Shown here piece after piece: positions 37,707 to 47,418 of a stretch of DNA of 64,000 bases. The position numbers were made by a program, and so were the translations under genes. Below the pieces are notes generated by a model, which saw nothing but the letters and a program-made list of their open reading frames with translations, had not been told where the DNA came from and ran no database searches. Positions within the stretch are counted from its first letter, which is position 1. Each line of letters starts with the position of its first letter. Source of the DNA: Bacillota bacterium (GTDB lineage Bacteria; Bacillota; Clostridia; Christensenellales; CAG-138); assembly GCA_023390655.1 (NCBI GenBank), contig JAEWCL010000001.1, positions 23,766-87,765 on the forward strand. The letters are read 5' to 3'.

Positions 37707-38708
37707 ATGGCCAGATTGCGGGATATCGCAGAAAAAACCGGATTAAATGTATCCACCGTGTCCCGGGCTTTGCGTGATGCTCCCGATATCAAGCCCGCAA
37801 CGATCAATCTGGTCAAACGGACTGCCATGCAGATGGGATACCGGATGCGCTTTCAGGGCAAGGGCAGCAACACCGTTGGCCTGATTGTGCCGGAAATAGG
37901 CAGCCATTATTATTCGGAAATGGTTGAGTCCATTGAGCGGGAACTAAAAAAGCACGGCTGTTCGATGCTCGTCTGCATCGGAGGGTTCGATGCCGGGAGC
38001 ATTCTTAACGCAATCGATCAGATGGTACAGCATGATATTTGCGGCATGATTATCAATGATTGCTTTGTTCTAGACGGCAAGGAGGATATCCGGAAGCACG
38101 ACCGTATCGCGCATTCTGCACTGCCGCTGGTGCTGATTTCCGAAAATAGGGCGGGTCTGCCGGTGGACGCCATTTGTATCGACACCAAGTTCGCCGTGCG
38201 TCTGGCGATGGAGCATCTGATCGAATTGGGACACACGGAAATCGGCTACATCGGGGAATATGCTTCAGATGTGCGATACCGGACATATCTTGAGCTTTTA
38301 AAGGAAAAGGAACTACCGATCCGCGAAAACCATGTGAAGCGCGGCAAGGAACGGTTTGAATTGGGCGGTTACCTGCGCGCCAGAGAGCTTCTGCAGGAAC
38401 CGGATATCGCAAGCATGACGGCTGTTATTGCCTGTTACGATCAGGTAGCGCTTGGCGCGCTGAGCGCCTTTTCGGAAGCTGGCATCCGTGTGCCGGAGGA
38501 GATATCGGTGGTCGGGTTTGATAACATCATACTCAATGATTACCTGCCCATCCAGTTAACAAGCATTATGAATCCGACTGAGCAGCTAGGCTCGTTGGCG
38601 GTCAAGCTGTTGGTGGACAATATCAAGGAAAAGGAAAATCACGTGGTGCAGAACGTCTCTTTGCAGCCAAGACTTGTGGTGCGGAATTCCACCTGTACGC
38701 GCTTATAA
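37707..38708 (+). CDS. LacI-family transcriptional regulator
   Basis: N-terminal HTH ARLRDIAEKTGLNVSTVSRALRD plus a sugar-binding core. Confidence 0.9.
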   Translation: MARLRDIAEKTGLNVSTVSRALRDAPDIKPATINLVKRTAMQMGYRMRFQGKGSNTVGLIVPEIGSHYYSEMVESIERELKKHGCSMLVCIGGFDAGSILNAIDQMVQHDICGMIINDCFVLDGKEDIRKHDRIAHSALPLVLISENRAGLPVDAICIDTKFAVRLAMEHLIELGHTEIGYIGEYASDVRYRTYLELLKEKELPIRENHVKRGKERFELGGYLRARELLQEPDIASMTAVIACYDQVALGALSAFSEAGIRVPEEISVVGFDNIILNDYLPIQLTSIMNPTEQLGSLAVKLLVDNIKEKENHVVQNVSLQPRLVVRNSTCTRL

Positions 38709-38736
38709 AACATTGAACACGATAAAGGAAGATAAT

Positions 38737-40089
38737 ATGAAGAAAATCGGTTTTGTTTGCTTCGGGGAAGTAAATACGCCCTTTGAGCGTCTTAAAATCA
38801 AGCATGGTGCGGCGCTGCGTACGTTAAACAGCGTTACGGGCACTGTGTACGATGCCGGTATCGTGATCGACGACGCCGCATATGCAACGGCAGACGCGGC
38901 TATAGAAAAGCTCTTAGCCGCCGACCCGGATTGCCTGATCGTATGCGTGGCAGGCTGGGTGCCCACGCATGCGGTGATCCGCGTGACGGATGCGTTCCGC
39001 TACCTGCCGATGTTGCTCTGGGGACTCTGCGGCTGGATGGAAGGCGGACGCCTGGTGACGACCGCTGATCAGGCCGCAACCACCGCCATACGCCCTGCAT
39101 TTGAGGCGATGCATTACCGGTTCAAGTACATCTATAACGTAATCGGCAAGCCGGAACCCGTGGATAAAATCGAGGCGTTCACGAACGCCGCGTATGCCGC
39201 GCGCAGGATGAGAAGTGCGCGCGTAGGAACCATGGGTTACCGCGATATGCTGCTCTATGGCACCCAGTTTGAAGGCAACAGCATGCGCGGTAAGCTGGGG
39301 ATTGAGGTCGAGCCCTTCGAAATGCTTGAAATGGTACAGAACATGGAAACCCTCGATGCGCCAGAGGTACGCGAGGGAATGGCGTTCATCAAGGAAAACT
39401 GGACGTTTGAGAAGGAATGCGACGACTCGATCCTCGAAACCGGCGTAAAATATGCGCTGGCCATCGGCAAAAAGATTGAGGAACGGGGCTATCAGGCCAT
39501 CACGCTCATTGATGTGGACGGGATGAAGAAGCTTCTCGGCTTTCCGCCCGCCATGGTGTTTATGCTGCTCGAGCATTACTATGGGGTACTGACCGTGCCG
39601 GAGAACGATATCATGGGGGCGGTTACGCAGTTGATCGCTTCCGGTATTACGGGGCAAACGGTGCCGTATCTTGAATACTACGAATTCTTTGAAAGCAGTA
39701 TGCTCATCGGCGTGCCGGACTATATCCCGGCGGCGGTTACGGATGGAGCCGTGCGCGTACTGCCGACGGCCTTCGGCATGTTGTCCAGCAGCCTGTTAAA
39801 CGTATCCCGCGTCAAAACGGGCCTCGTTACCTGCATGAGGCTGGTTTACCTTGATGGAACCTACTATATGCATATGTATCTTGCGGATGCAAAAACGCCC
39901 AAGCAATGGGAGGAATGCGGCTGGGCGCCGCCTGCGCCGCAGCTGCCGAGCCTGGAGGTTATCCCGCAGGACTGCACGGTTGAGGAATTTGCGCAAAAGG
40001 TCTCGAGCCAGCATGTGATCGTCTGCTATGGCGATCATCGCGAGGCGGTCCGGGACTTCTGCAAACTGATGGACATTAAACTGCTTTAA
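38737..40089 (+). CDS. FucI/AraA-like (L-fucose/L-arabinose isomerase superfamily) protein, function unknown
   Basis: Start at MKKIGFVCFGEV after AAGGAAG. The size (450 aa) and the N-terminal flavodoxin-like pattern (IGFVCFGE...DCLIVCVAGWVPTH) resemble the COG2407-type family. Assignment is by recollection only. Confidence 0.45.
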   Translation: MKKIGFVCFGEVNTPFERLKIKHGAALRTLNSVTGTVYDAGIVIDDAAYATADAAIEKLLAADPDCLIVCVAGWVPTHAVIRVTDAFRYLPMLLWGLCGWMEGGRLVTTADQAATTAIRPAFEAMHYRFKYIYNVIGKPEPVDKIEAFTNAAYAARRMRSARVGTMGYRDMLLYGTQFEGNSMRGKLGIEVEPFEMLEMVQNMETLDAPEVREGMAFIKENWTFEKECDDSILETGVKYALAIGKKIEERGYQAITLIDVDGMKKLLGFPPAMVFMLLEHYYGVLTVPENDIMGAVTQLIASGITGQTVPYLEYYEFFESSMLIGVPDYIPAAVTDGAVRVLPTAFGMLSSSLLNVSRVKTGLVTCMRLVYLDGTYYMHMYLADAKTPKQWEECGWAPPAPQLPSLEVIPQDCTVEEFAQKVSSQHVIVCYGDHREAVRDFCKLMDIKLL

Positions 40090-40104
40090 ATATGTGAATT
40101 TGGA

Positions 40105-41568
40105 ATGGATATGAAGACGATTAAAATTGGATGGGCGCAAACCAGTATTACGGCGGACCGGCCGCTGTTGATGATCGGGCAGATGTATCACCGTGTTTCC
40201 GAGTATGTACGGGATCCCATTACAGCCACTGCGCTGGCGTTAGACAATGGGGAAACTCAGGCGGTATTTGTATCGGTGGATATGACGGAGTACCCGACGC
40301 ATATAAAAGAATTGCTCAAGGAAAAGCTTTCTGCTATAACGGACCTGAAATTTGAGAGTATTTCGATCAGCGCTACGCATACGCATAACGCATCGGATTT
40401 CTGCTCCGACTTTATGCGTGAGGACAATGCGCAAGTGTTTGGCTCCGATATTTTGCCTCCTGTTCACATTGGAGATGATGTGTTGCTTGGTAGCGAGGCG
40501 CAGGACTTCCTCGTTGAACGTCTTGCAAGCGTGATTACCCGTGCCTGGCAGAACAGGCGGGAGGGTGGTATCAGCTACGCGCATGATTACGCCGTGGTTG
40601 GGTTTAACCGCAGGCCGATCTTCCATAAACCCGATGGCATGGAAACCATCATGTATGGCGACTGCTCAAGGGATGACTTTGCGGGGTTTGAAAGTGGCGC
40701 GGACTCTTCCGTGGACGTGCTGTATACATGGGATATGGACGGCCGCCTGACGGGTGTCGCGGTGGACGTCCCCTGTCCATCACAGGTGTTTGAACTGCAC
40801 CGTTTCATTACGGCAGATTATTGGGGCTTCACCAGGGCTGCCATCCGCGAATCGCTGGGCAATGTTTATGTGCTTCCACTATGCGGTGCATCCGGAGACA
40901 TCTCTCCGCTGGATTTGGTGCGCATCAGCAAATATAATAAGCAGGCATTGCTGGACTGGGGCGGCCAGACGAAGGAGGTTCTTCGCAATTTCGATATGAC
41001 GCGTGAATGCGAAGGCATTGCCGCCCGCATTACCGAAGCCGTTGTGCGCGGGTATCAAGTGGCGCGCAATTATATTGATTACACGCCCGCGTTTGCCCAT
41101 GTGGTGTTGCAGATGGATCTTCCGCTTCGGCTGGTTTCAGAAGAGGAATATGCGGCGTCAGCCAAGGAAGTGGAGCGCATCAAACGGGCGTTTTCCAAGG
41201 AACATCCCATGGAAACGGCAGACATTGTGCGCGCGTTCGAAGCACAGGGCGATGTGCTGCGGTGGCAGCTGCAACAAAAAACAAAAGTGTTTGCTTGTGT
41301 ATGCCATTTTGTGCGCATCGGCGAAGTTGGGATCATGACGAACCCGTTCGAGCTCTATCATGAGTACGCGCAGCGTATGAAAGCGCGCGTAAAAGCGCAG
41401 CAGCTGTTAGTTGTGCAGCTTTCCAATGGCCTTGGCGGATACCTGCCAACAGAGGCGGCCGTCCATGGCGGCAGCTACAGCAGTAAGCCCGCATCGACGA
41501 TATGTGGCCCGGAAGGCGGCAATCTGTTGGTGGAAAAAACGGTTGAAGTGCTGGATTCTTTATTTTAG
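40105..41568 (+). CDS. neutral/alkaline ceramidase-N-domain-like hydrolase, function unknown
   Basis: IGWAQTSITADRP..., RVSEYVRDPITATALALDNGETQAVFVSVDM, ISISATHTHNASDF. The SATHTH metal-site-like motif is recalled from the ceramidase family. Confidence 0.4.
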   Translation: MDMKTIKIGWAQTSITADRPLLMIGQMYHRVSEYVRDPITATALALDNGETQAVFVSVDMTEYPTHIKELLKEKLSAITDLKFESISISATHTHNASDFCSDFMREDNAQVFGSDILPPVHIGDDVLLGSEAQDFLVERLASVITRAWQNRREGGISYAHDYAVVGFNRRPIFHKPDGMETIMYGDCSRDDFAGFESGADSSVDVLYTWDMDGRLTGVAVDVPCPSQVFELHRFITADYWGFTRAAIRESLGNVYVLPLCGASGDISPLDLVRISKYNKQALLDWGGQTKEVLRNFDMTRECEGIAARITEAVVRGYQVARNYIDYTPAFAHVVLQMDLPLRLVSEEEYAASAKEVERIKRAFSKEHPMETADIVRAFEAQGDVLRWQLQQKTKVFACVCHFVRIGEVGIMTNPFELYHEYAQRMKARVKAQQLLVVQLSNGLGGYLPTEAAVHGGSYSSKPASTICGPEGGNLLVEKTVEVLDSLF

Positions 41569-41625
41569 ATTGGCAGGCGGGGGCGGCTGCATGAAAGATA
41601 GTGACTGAAGCGTGCAGTAAACGCA

Positions 41626-41658
41626 AAACCGCAAAAGCAGGTAATGCTCTTGCGGTTT
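41626..41658. terminator. hairpin between convergent genes
   Basis: AAACCGCAA, 15-nt loop, TTGCGGTTT. The U-tracts are weak on both strands. Confidence 0.35.
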
Positions 41659-41801
41659 CCGCTTTCATAACAACGGCATCATTTTATGTACGCCATTGAG
41701 GCCGTTATTTAGGCTAAAGTCCGTTTTGTAGGGGGAAGGCTGAACTGCATATCCTCCAATGCTACTTGTCGTATCACGGAAAGCTCCATAAGCACAGCTC
41801 T

Positions 41802-42575
41802 TTATGAGAATTGGATATTGACGCCCTTTTCCGCAATCTGTTGCGCCAGCGGAGAATTGGCCCCCTGGTCGGTAATCCAGGTGGTGACGCCCTGAAGGCT
41901 GCAGACCTGGGAGAAGCTTTCATATCCAAGCTTCGTACTGTCGGCCACAATCATGGTACGGGCTGCCCGCTCCATCATGATGCGGTCAATAACACCCTCC
42001 TCTGCGTGGTAGGTGGTAAGCCCCCTATCCGGGCAGATCCCATCAACGGAGAGGATCGCCCAATCCGCCTTGAAGCTGGAGAGCTGATTCTTGGCATCCT
42101 CGCCATAGGTAAAGGAATATTGCGCGTTGATTTCCCCGCCCAGCAGGATAATGCGGAAGGTGGGCACAGATCCCAGCTCTACGGCCACGGAGATGGAATT
42201 GGTGACGATGTTCAGATTTTTTCGCTTTTTCAGCTCCATAGCCGTGAAATAGGTGGTTGTGCCGGAATTGATCAGCAGGATATCCCCATCATGGACCATA
42301 TTCGCGGCGGCGGCGGCGATGGCCTTTTTTTTATCCATATGCTCCCGCGTGCGGCGCTGAAAATCCATGTTGTAATAATTTTTCATGGTCTGGATGGCGC
42401 CGCCTTGTGTGCGCTCCAAATAACCATCCCGCTCCAACGCGTCCAAATCGCTGCGGATGGTAACAGGGGTTGCCCCCAATTGCTCGCTGAGTGTGGATAC
42501 GCGCACCTGCCCGTCCCGGCGGAGCAGCGAAAGGATTTCCTGCCTGCGCGCATCAATTTTTAATTCTCCGGCCAT
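41802..42575 (-). CDS. DeoR/GlpR-family transcriptional regulator
   Basis: RRQEILSLLRRDGQVRVSTLSEQLGATPVTIRSDLDALERDG wHTH, and a DeoR C-terminal domain (LLINSGTT). Confidence 0.85.
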   Translation of the reverse strand: MAGELKIDARRQEILSLLRRDGQVRVSTLSEQLGATPVTIRSDLDALERDGYLERTQGGAIQTMKNYYNMDFQRRTREHMDKKKAIAAAAANMVHDGDILLINSGTTTYFTAMELKKRKNLNIVTNSISVAVELGSVPTFRIILLGGEINAQYSFTYGEDAKNQLSSFKADWAILSVDGICPDRGLTTYHAEEGVIDRIMMERAARTMIVADSTKLGYESFSQVCSLQGVTTWITDQGANSPLAQQIAEKGVNIQFS

Positions 42576-42622
42576 CTAGATGCCCCCTTGTACTTGCTGC
42601 TGTCAGTATACCTTATTCAGGC

Positions 42623-43231
42623 TCACTGTTCCAGAGGCTTATGATTGAGGCGCTCGCCAACAGCGCCGCCCGGATGGATCACCGCAAATTGTTCGTTGCG
42701 GAATCCTGTAGCCTCAATTAACGCCGCCTGCAGCGCGTCGAACAGTACGGACAATACGGTGAAGCTCGTTGTGCCCTGGCTGTTGTAAGGGTCGGTTTCC
42801 CGGGTGACAAGCATCTGCAGCACGATACCAGCGTCCTTCGCCAAAGGCGAATCCAGGTTCTCCGTGACAGAAATGACGGTGACGCCTTTTTCAGCGCAAA
42901 TGCTAAGGATAGGCAGCAGCTCCGCGGTCTTCCCACCGCGGGACGCCAGCAGAATCACGTCGCCCCGTTGCAGATAGCCCATTGCGCCATGGACAGCCTC
43001 CGCGGGAGAAATAAAGCGCGCCGGGCGCTCGATACAGCACATCAGGTGCGCAAAATGCTGGCACGCAATGCCGGAGTGGCCGCATCCGCTTGCGGCGATG
43101 CGCGGTGCTTTTGCGAGCGCGTCCACCGCGCGCAGGAACGATTCCCTGTCTAGGCCCGTAAACGCATGCGGGATGGCCTCGGCCTCAATTGTATAGGTGG
43201 AAGCGGCTGCTTTCCATACCCTCTGTTCCAT
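42623..43231 (-). CDS. SIS-domain sugar-phosphate isomerase (6-phospho-3-hexuloisomerase-like)
   Basis: IAASGCGHSGIA, DVILLASRGGKTAE. 202 aa. Confidence 0.65.
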   Translation of the reverse strand: MEQRVWKAAASTYTIEAEAIPHAFTGLDRESFLRAVDALAKAPRIAASGCGHSGIACQHFAHLMCCIERPARFISPAEAVHGAMGYLQRGDVILLASRGGKTAELLPILSICAEKGVTVISVTENLDSPLAKDAGIVLQMLVTRETDPYNSQGTTSFTVLSVLFDALQAALIEATGFRNEQFAVIHPGGAVGERLNHKPLEQ

Positions 43232-43234
43232 CAG

Positions 43235-43888
43235 TTACTTTCCTCCATTCTGCAGCGATGCAATGGCTTCTTTCCGGTCAGCCTTGGTAAATACCGCACT
43301 GCCCGCAACCAGAATATCCGCGCCTGCCGCAATGATTTCCGCTGCGTTTGCGGCGTTCACGCCGCCGTCCACGCTGATCAGATAGTGTGCGCCGCGGTCC
43401 TTACGCAGCCGCGCGGCTTCGCGGATCCGGTCATATGCCTCCGGCATAAACTTTTGCCCGCCAAATCCGGGATGGATGCTCATAACCAGCAAAATATCCG
43501 CCCGCTCCAGCAGCGGCTTTACGCGCTCAAGCGGCGTATCGGGGCAAAGTGATAATCCGAAGCCAACCTTTTCTTTCAGGCAAATTTCATATACCTGTAA
43601 GGGATCGGATTGGGACTCCGCGTGTACCGTAATTGCATCCGCGCCGGCATCAATAAACGCCTGCGCATAATGGGCGGGCTGCTCGATCATCAGGTGTACG
43701 TCAAAATACAGTTGGCTTTCCGGCCGGATGCCGGCGACGATATTTGGCCCAAAAGAAAGGTTCGGCACAAAATGCCCGTCCATCACATCGATATGGAGGT
43801 ATTCCGCACCTGCATGTTCAATAGAACGGATTTCTTCGCTTAGCCTGCCGGCATTCGCGGCCAATAGGGATGGCGCAATAATCGGCAT
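43235..43888 (-). CDS. ribulose-phosphate 3-epimerase family protein (Rpe or hexulose-6-P 3-epimerase)
   Basis: IAPSLLAAN, LHIDVMDGHFVPNLSFGP, FDVHLMI, VMSIHPGFGGQKF, VDGGVN. Confidence 0.85.
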   Translation of the reverse strand: MPIIAPSLLAANAGRLSEEIRSIEHAGAEYLHIDVMDGHFVPNLSFGPNIVAGIRPESQLYFDVHLMIEQPAHYAQAFIDAGADAITVHAESQSDPLQVYEICLKEKVGFGLSLCPDTPLERVKPLLERADILLVMSIHPGFGGQKFMPEAYDRIREAARLRKDRGAHYLISVDGGVNAANAAEIIAAGADILVAGSAVFTKADRKEAIASLQNGGK

Positions 43889-43915
43889 ATTGTTTATCTC
43901 CTGTTCTTGTCATGA

Positions 43916-43976
43916 CAACAGTATAATTACTATCCAAAAAGAAATCAATAAATAAATTAATAGAAGATATTATTGA
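43916..43976 (-). promoter_or_regulatory. promoter (TTGATT-17-TATACT, minus strand) inside the second copy of the conserved block of about 60 bp
   Basis: See 33477-33542. The leader to the AGGAGA RBS is only about 25 nt here. Confidence 0.55.
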
Positions 43977-44033
43977 CGTAATCGGCAAATATGTTTTACA
44001 CTAGTGTTGACTAAAATATGCGGGGGAGGCATT

Positions 44034-44744
44034 ATGAAAAAGCCATTCTCTTTAAAGCCACCATTCTTTGAAATTGGACCCAAATCCTATTTATATGGCG
44101 ATGATGTGCTGGCACTGGCACTGTCTGCCGATGCAGTTTCAAAAAAATATGATGTAGATATTATCTTTACCACCCCGGTGGTGGATATCCGGCGGGTAGC
44201 GGCAGCAACGGAGCGCATTTTCGTCTTCGCGCCGCACATGGATGCGCTCAAGCCGGGCCGTGGCCTGGCGGATACGCTGCCGGAATCTTTGGTTGCCGCG
44301 GGCGCACAGGGCGTCATGCTGAATCATTGCGAAAGGCCCGTCTCCCTTGCGGTGCTGAATGAAACCATCCGCAGGGCGGATGAGGTGGGGCTTGCCACGA
44401 TCGTCTGCACGGATTCCATCCGGGAAGCATCGGCTGCGGCTTGTCTCGGGCCCAATATCATCGTGGCAGAACCCACGGAGTTGATCGGCACCGGCGAAGC
44501 CAGCGATATGGATTACGTGCGGGCTTCCATTGAGGCTGTAAAATCCATCAATAGAGAAGTCTATGTCCTGCAGGGTGCGGGTATCAGCAACGGCGAGGAT
44601 GTATATCGGGTCATCCATGCCGGAGCGGAGGCGACCGGCTCATCAAGCGGCATCATAAAGGCGCCGGACCGCGCCGCCATGATCGACGAGATGATAGCTG
44701 CTGTGCGGCGGGCCTGGGATGACCGGCTGGCTGGACGCAAATAA
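44034..44744 (+). CDS. triose-phosphate isomerase family paralogue (non-glycolytic type)
   Basis: Start at MKKPFSL after GGGGGAGG. FFEIGPKSYLYG, GVMLNHCERP (an NHSE-like catalytic segment), IIVAEPTELIGTG. Confidence 0.6.
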   Translation: MKKPFSLKPPFFEIGPKSYLYGDDVLALALSADAVSKKYDVDIIFTTPVVDIRRVAAATERIFVFAPHMDALKPGRGLADTLPESLVAAGAQGVMLNHCERPVSLAVLNETIRRADEVGLATIVCTDSIREASAAACLGPNIIVAEPTELIGTGEASDMDYVRASIEAVKSINREVYVLQGAGISNGEDVYRVIHAGAEATGSSSGIIKAPDRAAMIDEMIAAVRRAWDDRLAGRK

Positions 44745-44787
44745 ATGGTTTTATGGTATCCCCTATAAAACGTACAGGAGGAGATTT

Positions 44788-45408
44788 ATGGAATTCAAGG
44801 TTTACCAAAAGGAATTGGAGTTGCAATCCCGGGGCTGGATCCCCACCTTCCATGATGTGACAAAGGAAGTCATCGAGATTGTGGAGGCGTCCGGCGTCAA
44901 GAACGGCACCTGCACCATAGCCTCGCACCATACCACCTGTTCCGTGATGGTACAGGAATGCTCCCATGACCTGGACTCGTTCGATCTGGAGTACCTGCAG
45001 CACGACCTGCTGGATATTATGCGCAAGATGATTCCCGACTTTGCCGAGGAGCATCAATACCGCCATCCCGGACCCATTCATGCCCAATTTGGCCGCTATG
45101 TCGGGGAACCCGGCGACTATACCAGCATGAATACGGATGGACATCTGCGCAGCGTATTCTTTGGCCGCAGCGAGGCCATGACCATCAAGGACGGTGTTTT
45201 GGACGGGGGCGAATTTGCCCATGTATATTTCATCGACTGGGATCATGTCAGGGCCCGTCACCGTCAGCTCAACATCACCGTCATGGGAACGACGGAGGAT
45301 GTGGGCGACCGGAAGTGGAACAATGGCGAGGACATCAACACCCTGCGCAAGTATACCCCGGCGGAAAAGGCGGAAATGCCTGAATTCACCCTCCAGCAAA
45401 AACGCTGA
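44788..45408 (+). CDS. YjbQ/UPF0047-family protein, long form (206 aa)
   Basis: Start at MEFKVY after AGGAGGA. DVTKEVIEIVEASGVKNGTCTIASHHTTCSVMVQE, GHLRSVFFGRSEAMTI. Confidence 0.65.
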   Translation: MEFKVYQKELELQSRGWIPTFHDVTKEVIEIVEASGVKNGTCTIASHHTTCSVMVQECSHDLDSFDLEYLQHDLLDIMRKMIPDFAEEHQYRHPGPIHAQFGRYVGEPGDYTSMNTDGHLRSVFFGRSEAMTIKDGVLDGGEFAHVYFIDWDHVRARHRQLNITVMGTTEDVGDRKWNNGEDINTLRKYTPAEKAEMPEFTLQQKR

Positions 45409-45420
45409 GCATTGCTAAGA

Positions 45421-45451
45421 AAAAAGGAACGGATATGCCGTTCCTTTTTTA
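45421..45451. terminator. bidirectional intrinsic terminator
   Basis: An A5 run, then GGAACGG-atatg-CCGTTCC, then a T6 run, between convergent genes. Confidence 0.75.
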
Positions 45452-45581
45452 GTAAATCAAATGTCGATGGGAGGCGCGCAAGTACCGCAAACGGCTAAGG
45501 GAAATAGATGTAAGCGCTGTGCTATAATGGGCATAACATGGTGTGCTGGCCCCGTAGTCAATACTGGTTTCCTCCGCTTTC

Positions 45582-46445
45582 CTAAGACAATTTTGAAAAC
45601 TGAAAGCCCTGCTTTTTTGCTTCATTGATAAATGCGCCTAAAATTTCCGCATTGTCTTTTGAAACGGCATGCAAAAGATAAACCGCGCCGTTATGCAGGC
45701 CGCCTACTACCTTTGCGTATGCCGGCTCGGCGCCCATCTGTTTTTTTGTATTCCAATCCACATACGCAAAACTCCAAAAAACGGACTGATATCCAAGGCT
45801 TTGCGTCAGGGCGAGCGTACGTTCCGAGAATTCTCCCATCGGAGGCCGGAACAGCGTCATAGTGTAACCGAAATTCTCCTTGATATAGTCATGCAGGGAC
45901 GTAATCTCGACGCATGCTTTTGCAATGGGCAGCGTTGGCATGGAAGGGTGGGTATAGCTGTGATTTCCGATAATATGCCCTTCATCAATCATGCGCTGAA
46001 CGAGATCGGGGTTTCGTTTTGCATAGTCGTAAGTGACAAAAAATACAGCCGGTACGTCTTTTTCCTTTAACACATCCAATATCTTTGGCGTATATCCGTT
46101 TTCGTAGCCTTCATCAAACGTCAGATAGATGTCATTTGTATTGTCCTCTATAAATATAGCGCCATACTTTCCGTATTTATTTTGAAATTCAACCGCGGAT
46201 ATCGGGCGTTTGTCGCCATCCACCTGCTTCCCTTGCCCCCAGCCCTGCTTGGTGTTGTCCAATGCCTCCAATCCCGTGGCAAGCGCATGGATGGATGCCG
46301 CAATCCCCTTGATCGCATCCGCGGTCAGCACCGAGCGCTCGGTAATCGTCTCAGCTTCCGTTTTGCCATTGGCAGTGTCTTGGCTGCCGGGCACCCAAAT
46401 GGTCAGCAGGCAAAGGACTAAAAATAGCGCAATAAATTTCTTCAT
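45582..46445 (-). CDS. polysaccharide deacetylase family protein (PdaA-like, spore-cortex delta-lactam type)
   Basis: Start at MKKFIALFLVLCLL (signal peptide). IYLTFDEGYENGYT, FFVTYDY, GNHSYTHPSM, FRPPMGEFS. The longer listed ORF overlaps rnfB and was discarded. Confidence 0.75.
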   Translation of the reverse strand: MKKFIALFLVLCLLTIWVPGSQDTANGKTEAETITERSVLTADAIKGIAASIHALATGLEALDNTKQGWGQGKQVDGDKRPISAVEFQNKYGKYGAIFIEDNTNDIYLTFDEGYENGYTPKILDVLKEKDVPAVFFVTYDYAKRNPDLVQRMIDEGHIIGNHSYTHPSMPTLPIAKACVEITSLHDYIKENFGYTMTLFRPPMGEFSERTLALTQSLGYQSVFWSFAYVDWNTKKQMGAEPAYAKVVGGLHNGAVYLLHAVSKDNAEILGAFINEAKKQGFQFSKLS

Positions 46446-46517
46446 GTTACACCTCGCCTTTAGTATGTATCGGGAGGTGTCGATTATTTGTGTGAAAAAA
46501 TGGATATTTATAACAGT

Positions 46518-46568
46518 AAAAAAACAAAATAGTAGGCCCGACCTCTCCGGTTGACGGAGAGGTTGGGC
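46518..46568 (-). terminator. terminator of the rnf operon
   Basis: Minus strand: GCCCAACCTCTCCG-tcaac-CGGAGAGGTCGGGC, followed by CTACTATTTTGTTTTTTT. Confidence 0.5.
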
Positions 46569-46593
46569 GGACATGAAGATAGATATAGCTGCG

Positions 46594-47406
46594 CTATACG
46601 GATTGCGTTTTGTTGATACCCGTGTTCCAGATGATCTGGCGCGGACATCTTTTTGCGCATTCCATACAGCCCACGCATTTTTCATAATCGAATACCGGTA
46701 GGTCGTTGACCATGGTGATCGCATCGTATTTGCAGCTTTTTGCGCAAATGCTGCAGCCGATGCAGCCCACCTTGCAGTTGTCGCTGACCGCTTTTCCTTT
46801 TAGCACGTTGGAACAGTCGATGCGCACCACGCTGTGCTTTGGAAGCAGGCGGATGATGTGGCGCGGGCATTCGGCCACGCATTTTCCGCAGGTGATGCAG
46901 CAGCTGTGATCAATGGTGGAAAGCCCGTTGATGATGGTGATGGCGTCTGTCGGGCAGACCCTTGCGCAGTTTCCAAAGCCAAGGCAGCTCATGGGGCAGC
47001 TTTTTGTACCATCCGCAACGGCCATGGCGGCGGCGCAGTCCGAAAGGCCCTCATAATGAAATTTCAGCTGCGTGTTGTCAAGTGTGCCGCGGCACTGCAC
47101 ATGCGCGATGAGCGGTTCGATTTTGTCCGCATCCGCGCCCATAAGCTCTGCAATCTTCGTTGCGTTGTCCGCCGTGTTGACGGTACACGCGTTGACGGCG
47201 GCACCTTCCGTTACAATGGCGGAAGCGAGCCCATCGCACCCGGGGAACCCGCATGCGCCGCAGTTTGCGCCGGGCAGGAGCTGCCGTACGGCGTCGATGC
47301 GTTCATCCTTTTCTACGGAAAAGAATTTTCCGGCAACTCCCAGCGCCGCGCCCAGAAGCAGCCCAAGCAGGGCGACGGCCCCTGCGCTGATCCAAATAAT
47401 CGTCAT
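46594..47406 (-). CDS. rnfB: Rnf complex subunit B
   Basis: N-terminal TM helix, CGACGFPGC cluster, and several CxxCxxCxxxCP ferredoxin motifs. Confidence 0.9.
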   Translation of the reverse strand: MTIIWISAGAVALLGLLLGAALGVAGKFFSVEKDERIDAVRQLLPGANCGACGFPGCDGLASAIVTEGAAVNACTVNTADNATKIAELMGADADKIEPLIAHVQCRGTLDNTQLKFHYEGLSDCAAAMAVADGTKSCPMSCLGFGNCARVCPTDAITIINGLSTIDHSCCITCGKCVAECPRHIIRLLPKHSVVRIDCSNVLKGKAVSDNCKVGCIGCSICAKSCKYDAITMVNDLPVFDYEKCVGCMECAKRCPRQIIWNTGINKTQSV

Positions 47407-47418
47407 AGAATCCCTCCC

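Noticed and set aside
46446-46724. A 93-codon upstream extension of the deacetylase ORF that reaches into rnfB.
   Set aside because: It overlaps the 3' end of rnfB and the rnf terminator. The internal start MKKFIALFLVLCLL gives a proper signal peptide.
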